DNA of 64,000 nt from Octopus vulgaris. Its lineage: Eukaryota. The stretch is taken from positions 12,648,001 to 12,712,000 of the forward strand of contig OX597818.1 in assembly GCA_951406725.2 (NCBI GenBank), given 5' to 3'. Of this stretch, positions 41,954-56,799 are shown piece by piece. Both the position numbers and the translations under genes were made by a program. Under the pieces are notes generated by a model. That model made no database searches, was not told where the DNA came from, and saw only the letters and a list, made by a program, of their open reading frames with translations. The stretch's first letter is position 1. Every line of letters begins with the position of its first letter.

Positions 41954-41970
41954 TGTTGTAGTAGTAGTAG
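41599..41970. repeat. (CTA)n-(TAA)n-(TAG)n compound trinucleotide repeat with self-complementary arms
   Basis: Read directly. Confidence 0.95.
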
Positions 41971-42186
41971 ATGTCCTGTTGCAGCCATAAGAGCAATGGC
42001 TCTCTTGGCTTCTGATCTTAACTGATTGGAAGTGTTGGTTGTGATGCATGGTCTTGGTGTACCCTTATCAGACGGGTAGTCATGATGGGTATACTGGGCT
42101 TCGTATATTTGTAATTCAGTGTCGCTCTGATAGCATGCACTGTTCTCTCTCTTTTTCTCTCTGTCTCCATCACTCAATCATAAGAA

Positions 42187-42405
42187 GGTATATATTCACA
42201 GACACGACAGAGTTGGGACATATGTACACTGAAAGCTATGCCAATACTATGGAATAACAACAGAAAAAAGATGGTATAGGCACACTCCAGAGAAGGTCAC
42301 AGAAAACGAGCAAGTAACCATACTATGGGATATGTCAATACACACACATAGAGAAATAAAGGCCAAAAGGCCGGATATAGTTGTCAGAGGTCATAAAAAA
42401 AATAA
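42187..42405 (+). mobile_element. R4/Dong-clade non-LTR retrotransposon fragment (RLE domain)
   Basis: YIHRHDRVGTYVH*KLCQYYGITTEKRWYRHTPEKVTENEQVTILWDMSIHTHREIKAKRPDIVVR contains the RHD and PD motifs of the restriction-like endonuclease region. Confidence 0.85.
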
Positions 42406-42799
42406 ACAATCAGAAAAACAGAATACGAGTGTAGAGGGGGCTAGCATAAAACTTGAAGAGATTGTGAATAAGGATGCCGATGGAACACAACCTAAGTGCC
42501 GTAGTAAGCAGTGGAATAAAGTACGGAGAATTTATGATAAAACAAACAAAAAGAAAACGTGGTACAATGCCGACAAGTTCCAAAGGGTGATTTTTGTAGA
42601 AACCACAATACATGGGAAGCTAACTGCGCCTATTAGTGACAACTGAAGCTTTCCTTCTGAGTTTTAAATTGCGTCTTGCCGCCTCCGTAATTCTATAATT
42701 TTCACATTACAATTTTTCTGACTCATCCAATGATTCATATGGGAAATACTGACAGATATGAATATCATAAAGCAATTCCAAAATGGCTAATACTGACAA

Positions 42800-44345
42800 C
42801 ATCGGTGATACAAATCCGTTGCAAATTTGGCGCCACGGATATCGTAGAAGCAATAAAAATAATTACAACTAATTCAGCTTCAGGTCCCGAGAAATTCGCA
42901 TCTAGAATCCTGAACGATTACCGGCATCAACTGAATTTCACTTTAGCTATTCTCTTGTGGAAAGCACTGGACGCTAGCTTTATACTAGATATTTTCCTAT
43001 ATCAGTCGATTGTCCCCAAAGCCAGCAACAAATCACTCGCAGTGACTTATCGATCGATCTTACTTAGCTCTTATATCATCAAATTATTTGTGAGAGTGCT
43101 GAGAATTGGATTAACTAAGATCCTGGAAAGTAAAACGTACTTAGTCTATTTTGACTTCAGGAAGGCATCCAACAAGGTTGATTCCAGCATCGTATCCAAG
43201 AAGCTAATCAAGACTGTAGTTTGAGGGAGGCTATTAAAGTGGATTGAATGTTTTCTGGTGAACAGAAACCAACGTGTGGTGATAGATGGTGTTCGATAAT
43301 GCTCGGTAGGATTCATCAGTGGAATACCACAAGGCACCCTATTGAGCCAACTTCTTTCTATTACTTACATCAATGACATTCAGGTGTCATCCTACACAAC
43401 AGGATTTGAAGTTTCGCAGTTCACTCTAAGCAGGAGTCTAGATTAATCACCAATCATTATTCGGTGGGAGGAAAAACAAACATGCTGCTAAATGAAAATA
43501 AATTTGAATTAATTCACTTCTATAAAAAGGTTGCAATTAAGCTACCATCAGTCTTCTCTCTGGTGAAAATCTCCTGGCATTAAACATCGCTACCAACCTC
43601 CGAGTAACCGTCGATAATAACTTAAGGTGGCGTGCCCACGAAAGCAACTAATTCAACATAGCTAGCAGGTCGTGCTCCTGGAATCTTAGGACATTTCCGT
43701 CGAGAGACGTTCCTAACATTATCCTTCTCTTCTCCATCTTTGCTCGTCCTCACATTGAATATTGTTGTGCGCTGTGGTCTCCCTACACGAAACAAAATTT
43801 TAAAAAAGTGAAGCGCCCTTGAGACCAATCATAAAAATATATACATGACGCATCTTGATTACTGCAATCGTTTCGAGAAACTCAGGCTTAATTCCCTCAA
43901 TCACTGCCACCAACGCTATAAAATTTGTATTATGTGCAAAATATCGACTCCAGTGAAATTACTCAAATGATGTTAACATCAACATTAAAATTCGCCCAAG
44001 TCTTGATCCCTGTGCCATCAGTCATCTACAAAAAAAAACATGTTCGCATCACATGACTACACTAAGACAGAACAATTTCATCTCAACTGAGCCTAATTCA
44101 CTTTAACATCATGACAAGACACATAAGACATGAAAAGATGTAACATTCAAAATTTCCTAGTACGAATGACTCTAACAAATTCCAGATGAAACACCTACAC
44201 CCATATATAGCTCCGCAAACAATATATCTTTTCTCGAGCGGGCTATGGTACACAAACAACGGCTGTAATATGAAACATCATAAAATGTCTCTTTCAGGTG
44301 GTGCGATTAATGTTAGCCATGGCCTGGGCCAATTCTGGCCAAAAT
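42800..44345 (+). mobile_element. CR1/L2-group LINE, decayed reverse transcriptase and 3' end
   Basis: SASGPE, YRSILLSSYIIKLF, VYFDFRKASNKVD, WIECFLVNRNQRVVIDG and SGIPQGTLLS..YINDI, with multiple stops and deletions. Confidence 0.9.
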
Positions 44346-45349
44346 TTTCAAAATATTCTGACTATATATTGTCACAGTTGATTTCATGTTGAGAATCTAC
44401 AATATCTGGCATATTGATATTCTGTCGTATCATAGTTTGTCTCTCGACAATGTTCCTTTCATTTTGTACAAGAATACAAGTTACACGTAATGAAGCTACT
44501 GTTGGCTCTAGACATTAGTATCTTTCCGAAAATATATAGTTTATAATGGCAACATTTTCAAATTTTGTGACATCGTATATTATTACTGACGTTTAGAGAA
44601 GAAAATCTCAATCAAAATCAAGATGTAAATAATGAAAATGTAGTTAAATAGGTCAACGTTAAAATGTTAACGTATAAAGATAAAGAAAAACGATCTTTAA
44701 TTGACTAAATATTGCTTTATGGTAGTCTGTAGACGATATGTGGTGGCAAAATGAACAAAACTTTAGATGCAAAAATTTAGAACCTAAGTACACTTCCTAT
44801 TGAAGTTGATTTGCATTTATAATCCCGTGTTCAAGAAAATATTTGCCAAGTGTGTACTGAATTATTTCAAAATATTGTTCCAAATATGCTTATCTCTTTT
44901 CTTTATCGTTTTGTGAGGAACATATTTCTTCCATTTCCTTTCTTTTTATAAAACGTATCAATATATACATAGTTAAAAAAATAAATTTCCAAATGCCAAT
45001 CCACGGCCATTTCTCTCGATGGGTTCCCTTCATAATTTCATAAGTTCCCTTCATAACCCTTATGATGGGTTCCCTTCATAATTTCCAGTACCTTGAACTA
45101 CAATTTCGAAATTCCGCTATATGTTACAACGTCTTACTCATGATACATATTAAAATTACCATTTTCTGCGCAGTTGCAACCTATTCAATTTTGTCTCCGA
45201 TAGAGCTCTATACACAAACTTAAAATCATATACATACACATAAACATACACTGACATACACAATCACACACACATATACATACACACACACACACACATA
45301 TATGTAGGATGGCAAGTGAACTAACAAACGGAACATATTACGAATAAGA

Positions 45350-46010
45350 TCTATTAAGAAATGTTGCAAATATTTCAATGATGACTCAGCTGTGGTGGTT
45401 CCTTACTAACAAGATATTCAGACAATAACCCCTAATTCTGAAAATGTGGTCTCACCTGCAGTACGTCTACCTCAACTCGGAGTCCGCGATAACAACTATC
45501 TGACCATCATCATTACGAAGCAGCCTGTATGTATAGGGAAATGTGCACAGTAGCAATATGAGTTTCGACAACGTGGAGTTGGATTGCCAGCACACAGACT
45601 GTTGCGATTTTTTTCCAAAAGCTCAAAGGATCTGGTATGAATTAAATCGATCACATAATGCACTGATCAGTAATTTACCGATGAGTAGTAACATCCTCTC
45701 TGTTACATTCCGTCGTGATATATTCACTGTATCATCAGTATATAAAAAATCTGATGAGCTGCCAATTCCGACTGCTAGAATCAATCATGAACGTTTCATG
45801 GCGAGACCATGTCTTCAGATACAATGTTTTGCAGGATGCAAATCTTCCCATCCACAGCAATTTCGCTGTGGGTTTACACATGATGCATGTGGAGAAAGCT
45901 AAATCTTTAAGAGTATATTTACAAGCGAATTAGAAACCGTGGCATAGAAAAACGGAAGTGTGTCGCCAAACAGCATCTCAAAGAAGAGAGTGGCTTGAGA
46001 AAGCATGGGA
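45350..46010 (+). mobile_element. RTE-clade LINE RT C-terminal relic
   Basis: DDSAVV-like catalytic remnant near 45380. FRLLESIMNVSWRDHV..VLQDANLP..HMMHVE matches the RTE pattern LRxILxIxWxDxVxNxEVL..WxGHVxRM. Confidence 0.75.
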
Positions 46011-46042
46011 GAATACAACTGACCGTAAACAATGCCATAAAA

Positions 46043-46271
46043 TAGTGGTTCTCAATTGGTGTCCATGTGGCCATTGTGGGTCCATATAAGGTTTTGTTGT
46101 TAAAACCTTTCTGCTATAAATTGTTTATACTTCTATAATACACTGAATATTTGAAGTACGTTCTCCGCAATTCCTTATGATATTTAATTTAACAGGAATT
46201 TTCAAACATGACTATAAGCTTACACCCAAGAAAAATAGGAATTAAAAGTAAAAAATGGTTGAGAAATACTG
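46043..46271. mobile_element. hAT (Charlie/Buster-like) MITE
   Basis: Ends tagtggttctcaa and ttgagaaatactg. Flanking 8-mers ccataaaa and gcttaaag both fit nnnTAnnn. Confidence 0.6.
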
Positions 46272-46565
46272 GCTTAAAGCCTCAAAACATAAAGAAGTAA
46301 ATGTTACTGAGATAATGTAGAAGAAACCACAAGAAGATAACAGAAAACGAACTTTAGGCAATATATACAAGTAAATCAACAATATTATACAATAATTGAA
46401 GTCAAAGCTGTGTGAACACAGTTGGTCAACGATATTAGAGAAGAGAAAGGTCACAATTGTCGAAGTTCCTTCGTTTGTTAAATAAAAAAATCTGTTGGCT
46501 CACTACCAAGTCTATTGCCAGCCAAGAAGGATGCAGAGTCGGCTATATTCATTAAACTATAAGCC

Positions 46566-46990
46566 AATATTGGTTTCAAATTTGAAACAAAGCCAGTAAT
46601 TTCGTGGTAGGAGTAAGTTCCCCTCAGTGTTCAATTGGTACTTATTTTATCGACCTCAAAACGATGAAAGGCAGAGTTGACATCGGAGGAATTTGAACTA
46701 AGAAAGTGAAGACGGATGAAATTCTGCTAAGCATTTTGTCCGGTATTACACAATGTCAATATTAGAAATTGATTTCAGGCGTCAAATTCGCAGGGCTGTT
46801 ACCGAACCAGACAAAATGCTTATAGGCATTTCAACTGTATTTATGTTCTGAGTTCAAAAGCCACCGTAGTTGAATTTGGTTTTTCATCCTTTCGGGATCG
46901 ATCGAATAAAGACCTATGCAGTACTGGAGTCTTGTAATCGATTTTCCTGCTCTCCGAATTTGCTGGTTTCAAAATTTGAAACCAGTATTA
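46566..46990. mobile_element. Inverted pair of family B SINEs: minus copy about 46566-46745, plus copy about 46790-46990
   Basis: Outer ends tattggtttcaaattt and aaatttgaaaccagta are complementary. Nin-like cores are in opposite orientation. Confidence 0.8.
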
Positions 46991-47437
46991 GCCATTGTTT
47001 TGAAATTAGTTGTGACATGATTTTAAAAGGACATGGTATAGAGTATATCAATCGCGACAATGATGTCTTCTCAGGAATGTCTACGACTACATTATATATT
47101 GTATCCGTATATTGTTTCAAATACGTGGTAGAATTAAGAAGCGATTTGTTTTCTGTTTCTCACAAGCTCTGCCACTGACAATAAACGTGAAATGTTCCCT
47201 AAAATCCACATAGATTTCGAAAGTAGTTTTTGGAACATGCAAGAAATGTCAATGTATTTCATTAATGTTTTTGCATTCCACATTTAAACTTCTCTGTATC
47301 GGGTTCCTTTAAATAGTTTTTGGTAAAAATTCTTAACCCGGAAGGCGCATATAAATTTAAGCATATCTAGAATTTAGACAATTCTTACAGGAATATGAAA
47401 AAGGTGGAGAACTGAATTCTCACACTACACACAAACG

Positions 47438-47503
<66 letters not shown>

Positions 47504-50500
47504 TACACACAGACACACATTTATGTAAATATACATATGTGTCCATAAAGAAAGAGAGACAGTGAGGAAAAGATAGAAAGTGGGAGTGAGAGTCCATTAA
47601 ACCTAGATCGAAAGAGTGATAGAATATCGCTGCAAAAGCAAAAGTAAAACAGTGATTGCTGCAGACTGTGAATTACTAGATGATAGTGTGAAACCGATAG
47701 GAAATGATGAATACGAAACCAGCAGGAAGTAAACGCATCAAAAACTGATCGGAAATTAAAACACAAAAACAAGTATCAAATTTTCTGTTTGCAATTTTCA
47801 CTTCACTTTTTATGTAGAGAGACACACAGGCACACTCCATTACCCCGCTGTGTCTCTTTCTCTCTTTCCTTCTCTCTTTCTTTCTCTCTCTCTCTTTTTC
47901 TCTCTCACTCCTTAAATAATATATTAACTGGCACTCATTATTTGCCTCCCTGGCAGCATCTCAGCACACCCTTCTCTTTCACTTACTGTCTCTTGAGTAT
48001 GTATTTTGTTTTTTGTCCTCTTCTCGGGAAATATCTCTAACACTTCTTTTTTTATCTCATATCTTTCTTACACGTTTCTGTCTAACGTTATACATACACG
48101 CGCGCACGCGCACACACACACACACTAACACACACACACACAGAAGGAACAATAAAAAGAAATTGATGATAAAAACATATCTAGTTTTGTAAACCACATT
48201 ACCACACATCTCTCAATATACAAACAATAACAAATGTACCATCACAGGAATTACACGCACGCATATTCAACTTAAAAGATATTTCTCTTCTTTGGCTACT
48301 GTATTGGTATATAGAACGAGTTTCAGTCTTATCTCTCAGCTGTAAGTAAGAAAGCAATTCTTCTATATAGTTCCTTTACACTGTGGCACAAAACCTCTCA
48401 AAACTATTGTTACTTTCTCCTAAAAATTGTCTTTGCAAACAGTACTATTTTCTTTTCATTTGTTCTTTTTAATTCAAGCTGTTCATTGATATTAATCAGC
48501 CACATTGAAAATATATATATATAGGCATGTATTTATGTGTATGTATAAAATGTGCATATACTTATACATAGCTACGTGAATATTTCCACATACACACATA
48601 CATACACCCACACACACACATATAAAATGATTCCCTTTGTCTGGCTACATTTGTAACCCGTTAATAACATAAGAACACATGGAAATATTTGCACATACAG
48701 ATTATAGCACCTATTAATATATATGAATGCCTATTTATTCGGATGTATTTTAAAATGAAGCCTGAGTTGATTGTGTTTCCTTTTCAATACTTAAAGAAAT
48801 ATTGTCCGTAAATGGTACCAGATACGTTTTCAATAGTCTATACATTCACCATGCTGTCTGTTTCCTGTTGTTACCTAGCTGCGTCCGAAGATAGATTGTA
48901 TTCATTGCTTTTCTCAGTACAGCTCTTTGGTCTTTGGTTTGTCAGTGTTCAACGGAGTAATTATGCTTGTTACTAAGTAGTGAAATGTGGTTTTCCTCAC
49001 AGGAAATTAGCTAGCTGTTTGCGGTTTCTCTTGTTATGTGCAGGAAGCCATAGAGGTGAAAAGAAATGCAGACGTTAGGAATGCTTTTACTAGAAGTTCT
49101 TTATATCTTAGCCTATCCTCAACCGCTGTTTTACTCTGGTCAGTATTTATTACACATGCTAATCGCGTTTCTAATAATTTTGTAATTTATTCCAAACTGT
49201 TTATAAGGGAAAATATGTAAGCTTTCGCAGAAGAAAAATTTCTCAGTTTTTTGTATCAGAATCAAAAGCAAAATAAATACTTCTTAACACTAATAACAAT
49301 TATAGAATAGATATTTGCCTTCACAGTAATGTAGCATAGCTTAGATGCTATCAGAAAAAAAAATCGTTTCATAATCTGGAATAGAGCATCATTTAAAGAA
49401 TTCTCGGTAATTAGATTGTGATGTATTGCATATCATTGATTAATAATTAAAGGTACCATGATAATGTTTGTAAGCAGAAAAAATAATCTTAAATGTAAAA
49501 AAAAACCTCCTAGAAATGATTTTAAATTGACTCAGAAATATTAATGATGAGGTATCGTTCCTTTAAATGAAGGTACCTATTGCCGGCCATATTTTCTCAT
49601 TAATATTGAATATTTAAATATCAGTGCTTTTACTCTACCTTACACAGTATTTAAAAGAGCTGAGGGCAAACTAATGCCCTCGGTTGGTATTGATACGAAT
49701 TCATTATACAGGTAATTCGATTTTGAAATATGAATGAAACTATTATATACAATTAAAGACACTGGCAGTATTTGACAAATTTTTTCCTATGACGAATAAT
49801 CACATTTATCATACCTACATCAACTCTTACTGACCTGTAATTGAAGTCACTCCGACTCAGGACACTCGGTATATTTACGTGTTGCACTGCATAACTCAGA
49901 GTGACAATTCTTTATGTAAGAAAATCGACGGAGATTTGCGAGAGATTACTGCTTCTATTTTTATCAAGTCGAAAGATTACGTAACGTCACCCTTGTTAAC
50001 GCGTTTGTCATATGCGTGCCACATATTGTAGAAACTGTCATGTTGGATTTTGAAAATGTTTTCTACTTCAGAATCTTCTGGAGTATTTAATCTCCGCTCG
50101 GTAACTGTTTTGATGTCTTTTTCTAACGTTGATTATTGATTATTTATTTCTTTAAATAATTTCACTTAGGATGTTCATTGAAAGTGAAGTAGTGAATTGG
50201 CAGTTCAAACTCAAAATACGCTGTGTAGTTGATTTTTTCTACCATGAAACAAGTTCCCCTTTGTGATCAGTAGACAAAGTGAGAGGAAACGTTGAGTAAA
50301 CATATGTGCCCTTTTAATTCATAATGAAGTATAACATTTTCCTCTTTTTAATGAAATACTCTGTTTGTATAATTTACGTGCATCCTCATTTTGCAAATCC
50401 TGATATAAACCAGCGGGCTAATCTATTGTTGCTTTCCTTTAGAATTAGAGATAAAGTATTATTCAGTAATTGTTTAAGGGTTAACAATTAACAGTTAAGG

Positions 50501-51034
50501 TTTAGAATTTGTTACTGAATTAACTATAAATGTAAGAAGAAATGCAACACGCTATATGAATGATGTTAAAATACTGTGTTTCTAATTGTTGCTCTAAAAT
50601 AATAGAAATATGAGGCAATAAATATCAAATGACTGCACCAAACTTACTGACTAGGATGCAGTGTCGATATTCCTCATCATATGAGCCAACCATGTCTAAC
50701 TACTCGCTCGACATTTTAGAAATAGCAGATACATATCTCGCAGATTATACCATATTGTCATTGAAAAATATATATTATATATATATACATATTATATAAT
50801 ATTTCATGCGTTTAATTTAGCAGATCAAAAAGAATTGTAGAGGACAAATAGTATTTCAGCACAGGTCTCCGGAGTTAGGGGCGACATTGGACTAAACAAC
50901 AGTATTATCAACAACAAAGTTGTCTTAGTATTGGTTTCAAATTTTGGCACAACCCCAGTAGGTCGGGTAAGTCGATTACACTGAGCCCTCTGCTTAACTG
51001 GCATTTCCTTATCAGTAAAATCAGAAGTCGCAAC

Positions 51035-52680
51035 CACTCCAACGACACCACAGGTTCCGTAGTTGGTAGTATGGATGTTGTTTCAATCTACCCATCTATA
51101 GACATAGATTTTGCTGTGGAAAAATGCATTGAGATTGTATGTGAGAGTGAAATAGAGTTCTGTGAAGTCAACACAAAGGAACTGGGTCTTCTCAAACTAA
51201 GCCATGACTGTAACTACCTGGACAATCTTAGTAGATTCTGCCCACCAAATCACAGAAGGGAAAACACCCACTATCAATGCGGCAGTGAGTGATTGGACAA
51301 TACCCACCAAGACCTTGTGAACAACAGTCACGTGAAAAGAATGATTGCACATACAATAGGAGCTGGCAAAAGAATCACCTTGAAGAACTACATAGTAAAG
51401 TTTAACAGGAAACCATACATGCAGGTTGAAGGTGCAGCCATTGGTGTCGGTGTGGATGAAGATGTGGCCGGCGTCTTCATGACCTTCTGAGGCAGAAAAC
51501 TTAAACAATCCTTGTGTGGTACGTAGCTTGCTTACCAACCACACGGTCCCGGGTTCAGGGTCACTGCGTCGCACCTTGGACAAGTGTCTTCTACTTTAGC
51601 CTCCGGCCGACCAAATCCTTGTGAGTGGATTTCGTAGACGGAAAGTGAAAGAAGACCGTCGTACATATATATATATATATATGAATGTATTTATGTGTCT
51701 GTGTGTAAATTTGTGTGTGTGTCTGTGTTGTGTTTACGTGCCCGTAACTTATCGGGTCGGTAAAAGTAACCGAGAGAATAAGTACTATGCTTATAAAGAA
51801 TAAGTCCTGGTGTCGATTTACTCGAATGAAAGGCACCAGCATGGCCGCAATGAAATGACTGAAACAGATAGAAGAATACAAGAGTACTGATAGCAAGTTA
51901 GGATAACGAGCAGCGTGTCCCCACTATGCAAACCCTATGAAACAAAGAAACAAGTTCAGATCTTCATGCACCGTATGCAATTGTCTGGATATAACCAGAA
52001 AGATAGGGCTCGGGTACACAGGAGAGCTAGATAGAAGTTAGCATTATATGTAATGAAACCAGTGGTGCCTGCCCTAGATATAGAAGTAAAAACTACAATA
52101 GGATACAAAAAGTTTGTGACAAAACAAAAAAACAAACAGGGTGCACACGTGATGCAAGACCGATAAATATTAAGTAGTGATGTTTGTAGAGTTCACAGCC
52201 CATGCAGACCTAGCCTGAAGATTTGGGAAATCTTTGAAGGAGGCTAAAATCAACATTAAGAGTGTTGAAAAGTCAGGGAGCTCCATCAAGTCAGCACGAT
52301 GCAGGACACACCACTTTGAGAATACCACATGCACCAATGATAACTGCATGTTATGTTAAATTAACCATGGCATTAACTAGCAATGTAATCTACAGTATAA
52401 GGTACATAGAAGATGCTTGTAAAGACAAGAGCAGGATATACACAGGTAGAGTTCTAAGTAGGAGACTAAATGAACATTTTAAACAACATGACGACAAAAA
52501 ATGTCCTCCAACCTCTTGTAACATGCCAAAGACAAACATGGAGGGACCCTGGGTCAACGTGACATCCAAATTTTATCCAAGCACTCGAAACAGCCATCAC
52601 TCAGACAAACACAGGAGTACGACCTCGTAAATGAAACATCCCCAGCATTAAATAGGAAATATACGTACGAGGCAGTCATA
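51035..52680 (+). mobile_element. Penelope-like element: decayed RT plus GIY-YIG endonuclease, interrupted by a SINE
   Basis: VGSMDVVSIYPSID, FNRKPYMQVEGAAIG..VAGVFM, RMQLSGY, VMFVEFT, VEKSG, and NVIYSIR..C...IYTGR.LSRRLNEH. Confidence 0.85.
51505..51885 (+). mobile_element. Near full-length family A SINE
   Basis: tgtgtggta..gcttgcttaccaaccacacggtcccgggttcagg..gcaccttggacaagtgtcttctac..cagcatggccgcaatgaaatgactgaaac. Confidence 0.9.
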
Positions 52681-53541
52681 CTCAAATATCCAACGTTTAT
52701 ATATACACAGGTAGAGTTCTATGTAGGCTCTTATGTAGACTTATATATATATAATATATACACACACATATATGTATGTAGGTAAAAATATATATAAACT
52801 GATAGATAGGTACATAGGTAATGCGGACAGACAATCACACACACATATACATACATACACAAACGAAGACTGAAACCTGAAATACATGACTATATATTCA
52901 CATGCTCAATACACACACATACAAGGACACATATGGAGACACACACATCCATACATGACAGAGGCACGTGTATAGTCACACAAACCCGTACACATAGACA
53001 CACTCAAGCATGTATACACAAGGAGAAAGAAATACACATTCAAATACGCGTACTTACACACATACACACACAAACACATAAACATGAACACACGGACGCA
53101 TGAATATGCAGATTACATACGTATATACATACAAACGTACACACATGCATACATATATATGATTACACAAACGCATATACATGCATACACACGCAAACAT
53201 ACATATATGCATACACATGAACACTGACGCACGCAAATACGCAGAAACAAATAAGCAAACAAAAAGAATGCAGCTCTGCTAACGGACATAATCAACAATT
53301 ATTGTAAAGGTTGCAAGCCGCAATGAAAATTTTAGAAAAAATAAGTAAATGGGTGAAAATCAAACAGGTGACTGTGTTAAGTAATAAGTATTGTTATTTA
53401 TATAGGGATTCATTCTGAATATGCTATATACATACGACTTACAAAAGCTATATATATATATATATATATCACCTTATTTTGAAATTGTATGGATAATACC
53501 GTACTAAATTCTGGTACTTCAACTTAAGTACCATATTCATC

Positions 53542-53602
<61 letters not shown>

Positions 53603-54231
53603 GTGTGTGTGTGTGCCTATGTATGAAGATAAGTATATGTTTGTGACTGTGTTTGAATGTGTGTGTATATATAACATTTGTGTTTATACGATATATGAAT
53701 GTGTAAATATGTGTGTCTCCCTCTATATATGTATGTCTGAGAATATATGAATATTAATATGTGGGTGCTTATGTGTATTGAAGGTTACTAAAGTTTTGGC
53801 GCCAACTGGAACATTTGCTTATAAATATGCTGTTATTAGGTCTTTGAAAATGTTATTTTCTCTCAGCTCTGCCCAATGTATATACATTGAATCCCATTAA
53901 CTTTCGATTGCTCTTCATATCTCTTACTCAGACGGACCATGGGAAACAAGCGGTCAGATATAATTTTCTCCTACCCAAGTTTAAAACCATCCAAAGTAAA
54001 AAAAATCGACGATTATCATGAGCTTATGGATGTAATCGATCTAATCACCAATAAAGAAATACTACTGAAATAGCTGTAGTGAACCTGTAAAATCCATTTG
54101 TTCCTACTTTATATAAACGTCATACCTGGAACCATATGTTGAACTTATAACTTGCATTCGATCATGAACTTATGTGTGCATATGTATGTATGTATATATA
54201 CGTTGTATATATATATATATATATATATATG

Positions 54232-55775
54232 GTAAATGAAAGACGAAAGGTGGAATATACGAGAATATATTATTAATTACGACAATTATTTCGACATATC
54301 TAGCATCAATCCCTCACGGGTGGGATACGTAACTGGTTGAGGAGCATCCATCGGTGCAGATGTGTCTCTTCGTGTGATAAATAGACACAACTCGTTAAAA
54401 TAACACTTTCGCAATGCATCTTCTCATTTTGTAGTAAAAAAACTATTAAAAATAACCGTTAACAAATATGGGTGCATAAATGCCCTCGCGCCGGCTGCAT
54501 GGCGCGTGTATACTTGCTCATACAAGCATCTGCAAAAATATTAGCATACGCACATGTGCGGTTTGGTGCACTCATGATCACAAAGCGAGTTAAATAGCTA
54601 CTTGGCGTTTGTAAGAATGGGGAGGTTAAAGCTAAACTTAATTCATTCCTACCTTAAAGTAAATTATGTGAACAGTTACTAAAATTCATTCCCACTGTAT
54701 TGTGCGAAAGTAGAATTATGTGCGTGTATGCATCTTTCAGAAATTCTAATAATGTTCTTCTCATTATTCCACAGAATCGACAAAATAGACAAGGATTCCT
54801 CGAAGCAGAGATAGCATTTCCTGTAAATGATATTGTATAGTTTTGTGTGCCTTACTATGGACCAATTTATGTTGTTTTTAATTTTATCCTCCTACAGTCG
54901 CCATAGAAAATCGGCGAAACATGTTGAATTTCTCTTACTGATTCTCTTAAAACTGTCGACATGGTTACGATAACGATCTTTAACTGAATCTGCCGTCTGT
55001 CCAATGTAAGCATACGACCCTCCCCTGGTGTACATTTATATACATTTATATATAAGATATGTACTCATACTGAGGTTCATCAATAGGCATTTAGATTTTT
55101 CTTTACACGAGCATTTATTATATTAATATATATATATAGCAGTTCCGACATTGTTACTCTGTTAGCTGTATCATAAGCATTTCTACTATTACAATTTGGC
55201 CGTAACTGATGCTTTTCATTATGTTTTACATCTCCTTCGTTGGTATTTAGATACGTATGCGCGCTAGACCCAGCAGGTGGGCTATTGGAACTTAATCGCA
55301 TCTTACTATTGTTTATGCGGTGCATAAGCTGCTCAAAATTAGCATAGTTAGCGTAGGATACCTTAACGGTGTGCCAATTATAAATATCATGATATCCATT
55401 ACATTTTGGAAAACATTTGTCCAAAGTCGCAGAAAACTTTCTAGCGATCTTCGTTGGAACACGCGAACCGAAAATCGTGTTGAACCAGAGGACATCCTAA
55501 TTCCTATATCTGCTGTTAGGCATATTTGATCGAGGTTTTTTTTTACAGGATTGGAGCAATTTACAGTGTATGTATGTATGTATGTATGTATGTATGTATG
55601 TATGTATGTATGTATGTATGTATGTATGTATCTATGAATGTGTGTCTGTCTGTATATATACGCGTATATTGTGTTGTATATTTGGATATTTGGGTCTTCT
55701 GCGTACTTGTGATACTCCACGCATTCCTGGTGTCTTGGACATTAAAATATCTAGATTTTAACTAAACCCACAACT
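54232..55775 (-). mobile_element. Penelope-like element 3' part (RT thumb, GIY-YIG, terminal repeat), split by microsatellites
   Basis: DVLWFNT..KIARKF..LDKCFPK..YHDIYNWHTVKVSY, YAYIGQTADSVKDRYRNHVDSF, NWSIV..KCYLCFEES. Confidence 0.85.
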
Positions 55776-55831
55776 GATTCTATATACATACATAATACAC
55801 ACATACGCACATGCACGCACACACACACATG

Positions 55832-55911
<80 letters not shown>

Positions 55912-56237
55912 GTATACATATGTGTGTGTATAAACTTGTGTGTACAAATACATGCATACACACAAGCACAGACTCTCACTCTCGCGCTCTCTCCCTCTCA
56001 CACACACACACATATGCTCTTGCACATAAAAATATATTTTTAGAAGCGATGCACATAGCCACAATTTTCGAAACGAGTTAAATGTAACACAATACTCAAA
56101 ATCTTTGTTAGAATCTCCGCATAAATTGAGTTGGGACAGGCTAGATTGTATTGGCGTCGAGTAGTACAATGTATGGTAATGAGGACAAATCAAATGAAAA
56201 TATTTAGAATTAAATGATTTCAAAATATTATCATACA

Positions 56238-56304
<67 letters not shown>

Positions 56305-56377
56305 TACATATATACATATATATATATAGACATTTATTTATATTTATATATGCATACACACGTACAGATGTGTTTAT

Positions 56378-56425
<48 letters not shown>

Positions 56426-56799
56426 GTATATATGCATATACATATATATGCATATGTGTATATGTATATTATGTAATGTATATATACATACGTGCATGTA
56501 ACATTTAAGATGCATGGGTCGTTGAATAACTAAACAAGTGTTCCTAAATCATGTTTATACATATCGTATGGCTAGATATCTAGAATTATATTCCACTAGA
56601 ATCTCCACAATATGTATTGCAGCAAAGAAACAATAATTCAAGCAATTGATCGATCACCCTATTATACTTTTTTCTTCACACTTTCCTCTTAATATACGAC
56701 TAACTTCATGTATATGTAAATGTGGTTGTGTACGTGTCCCCCCCCTACACACATACACAAGATGTTCTGTATACATTCTTCGAGTTTTTGTCTCCTTGT

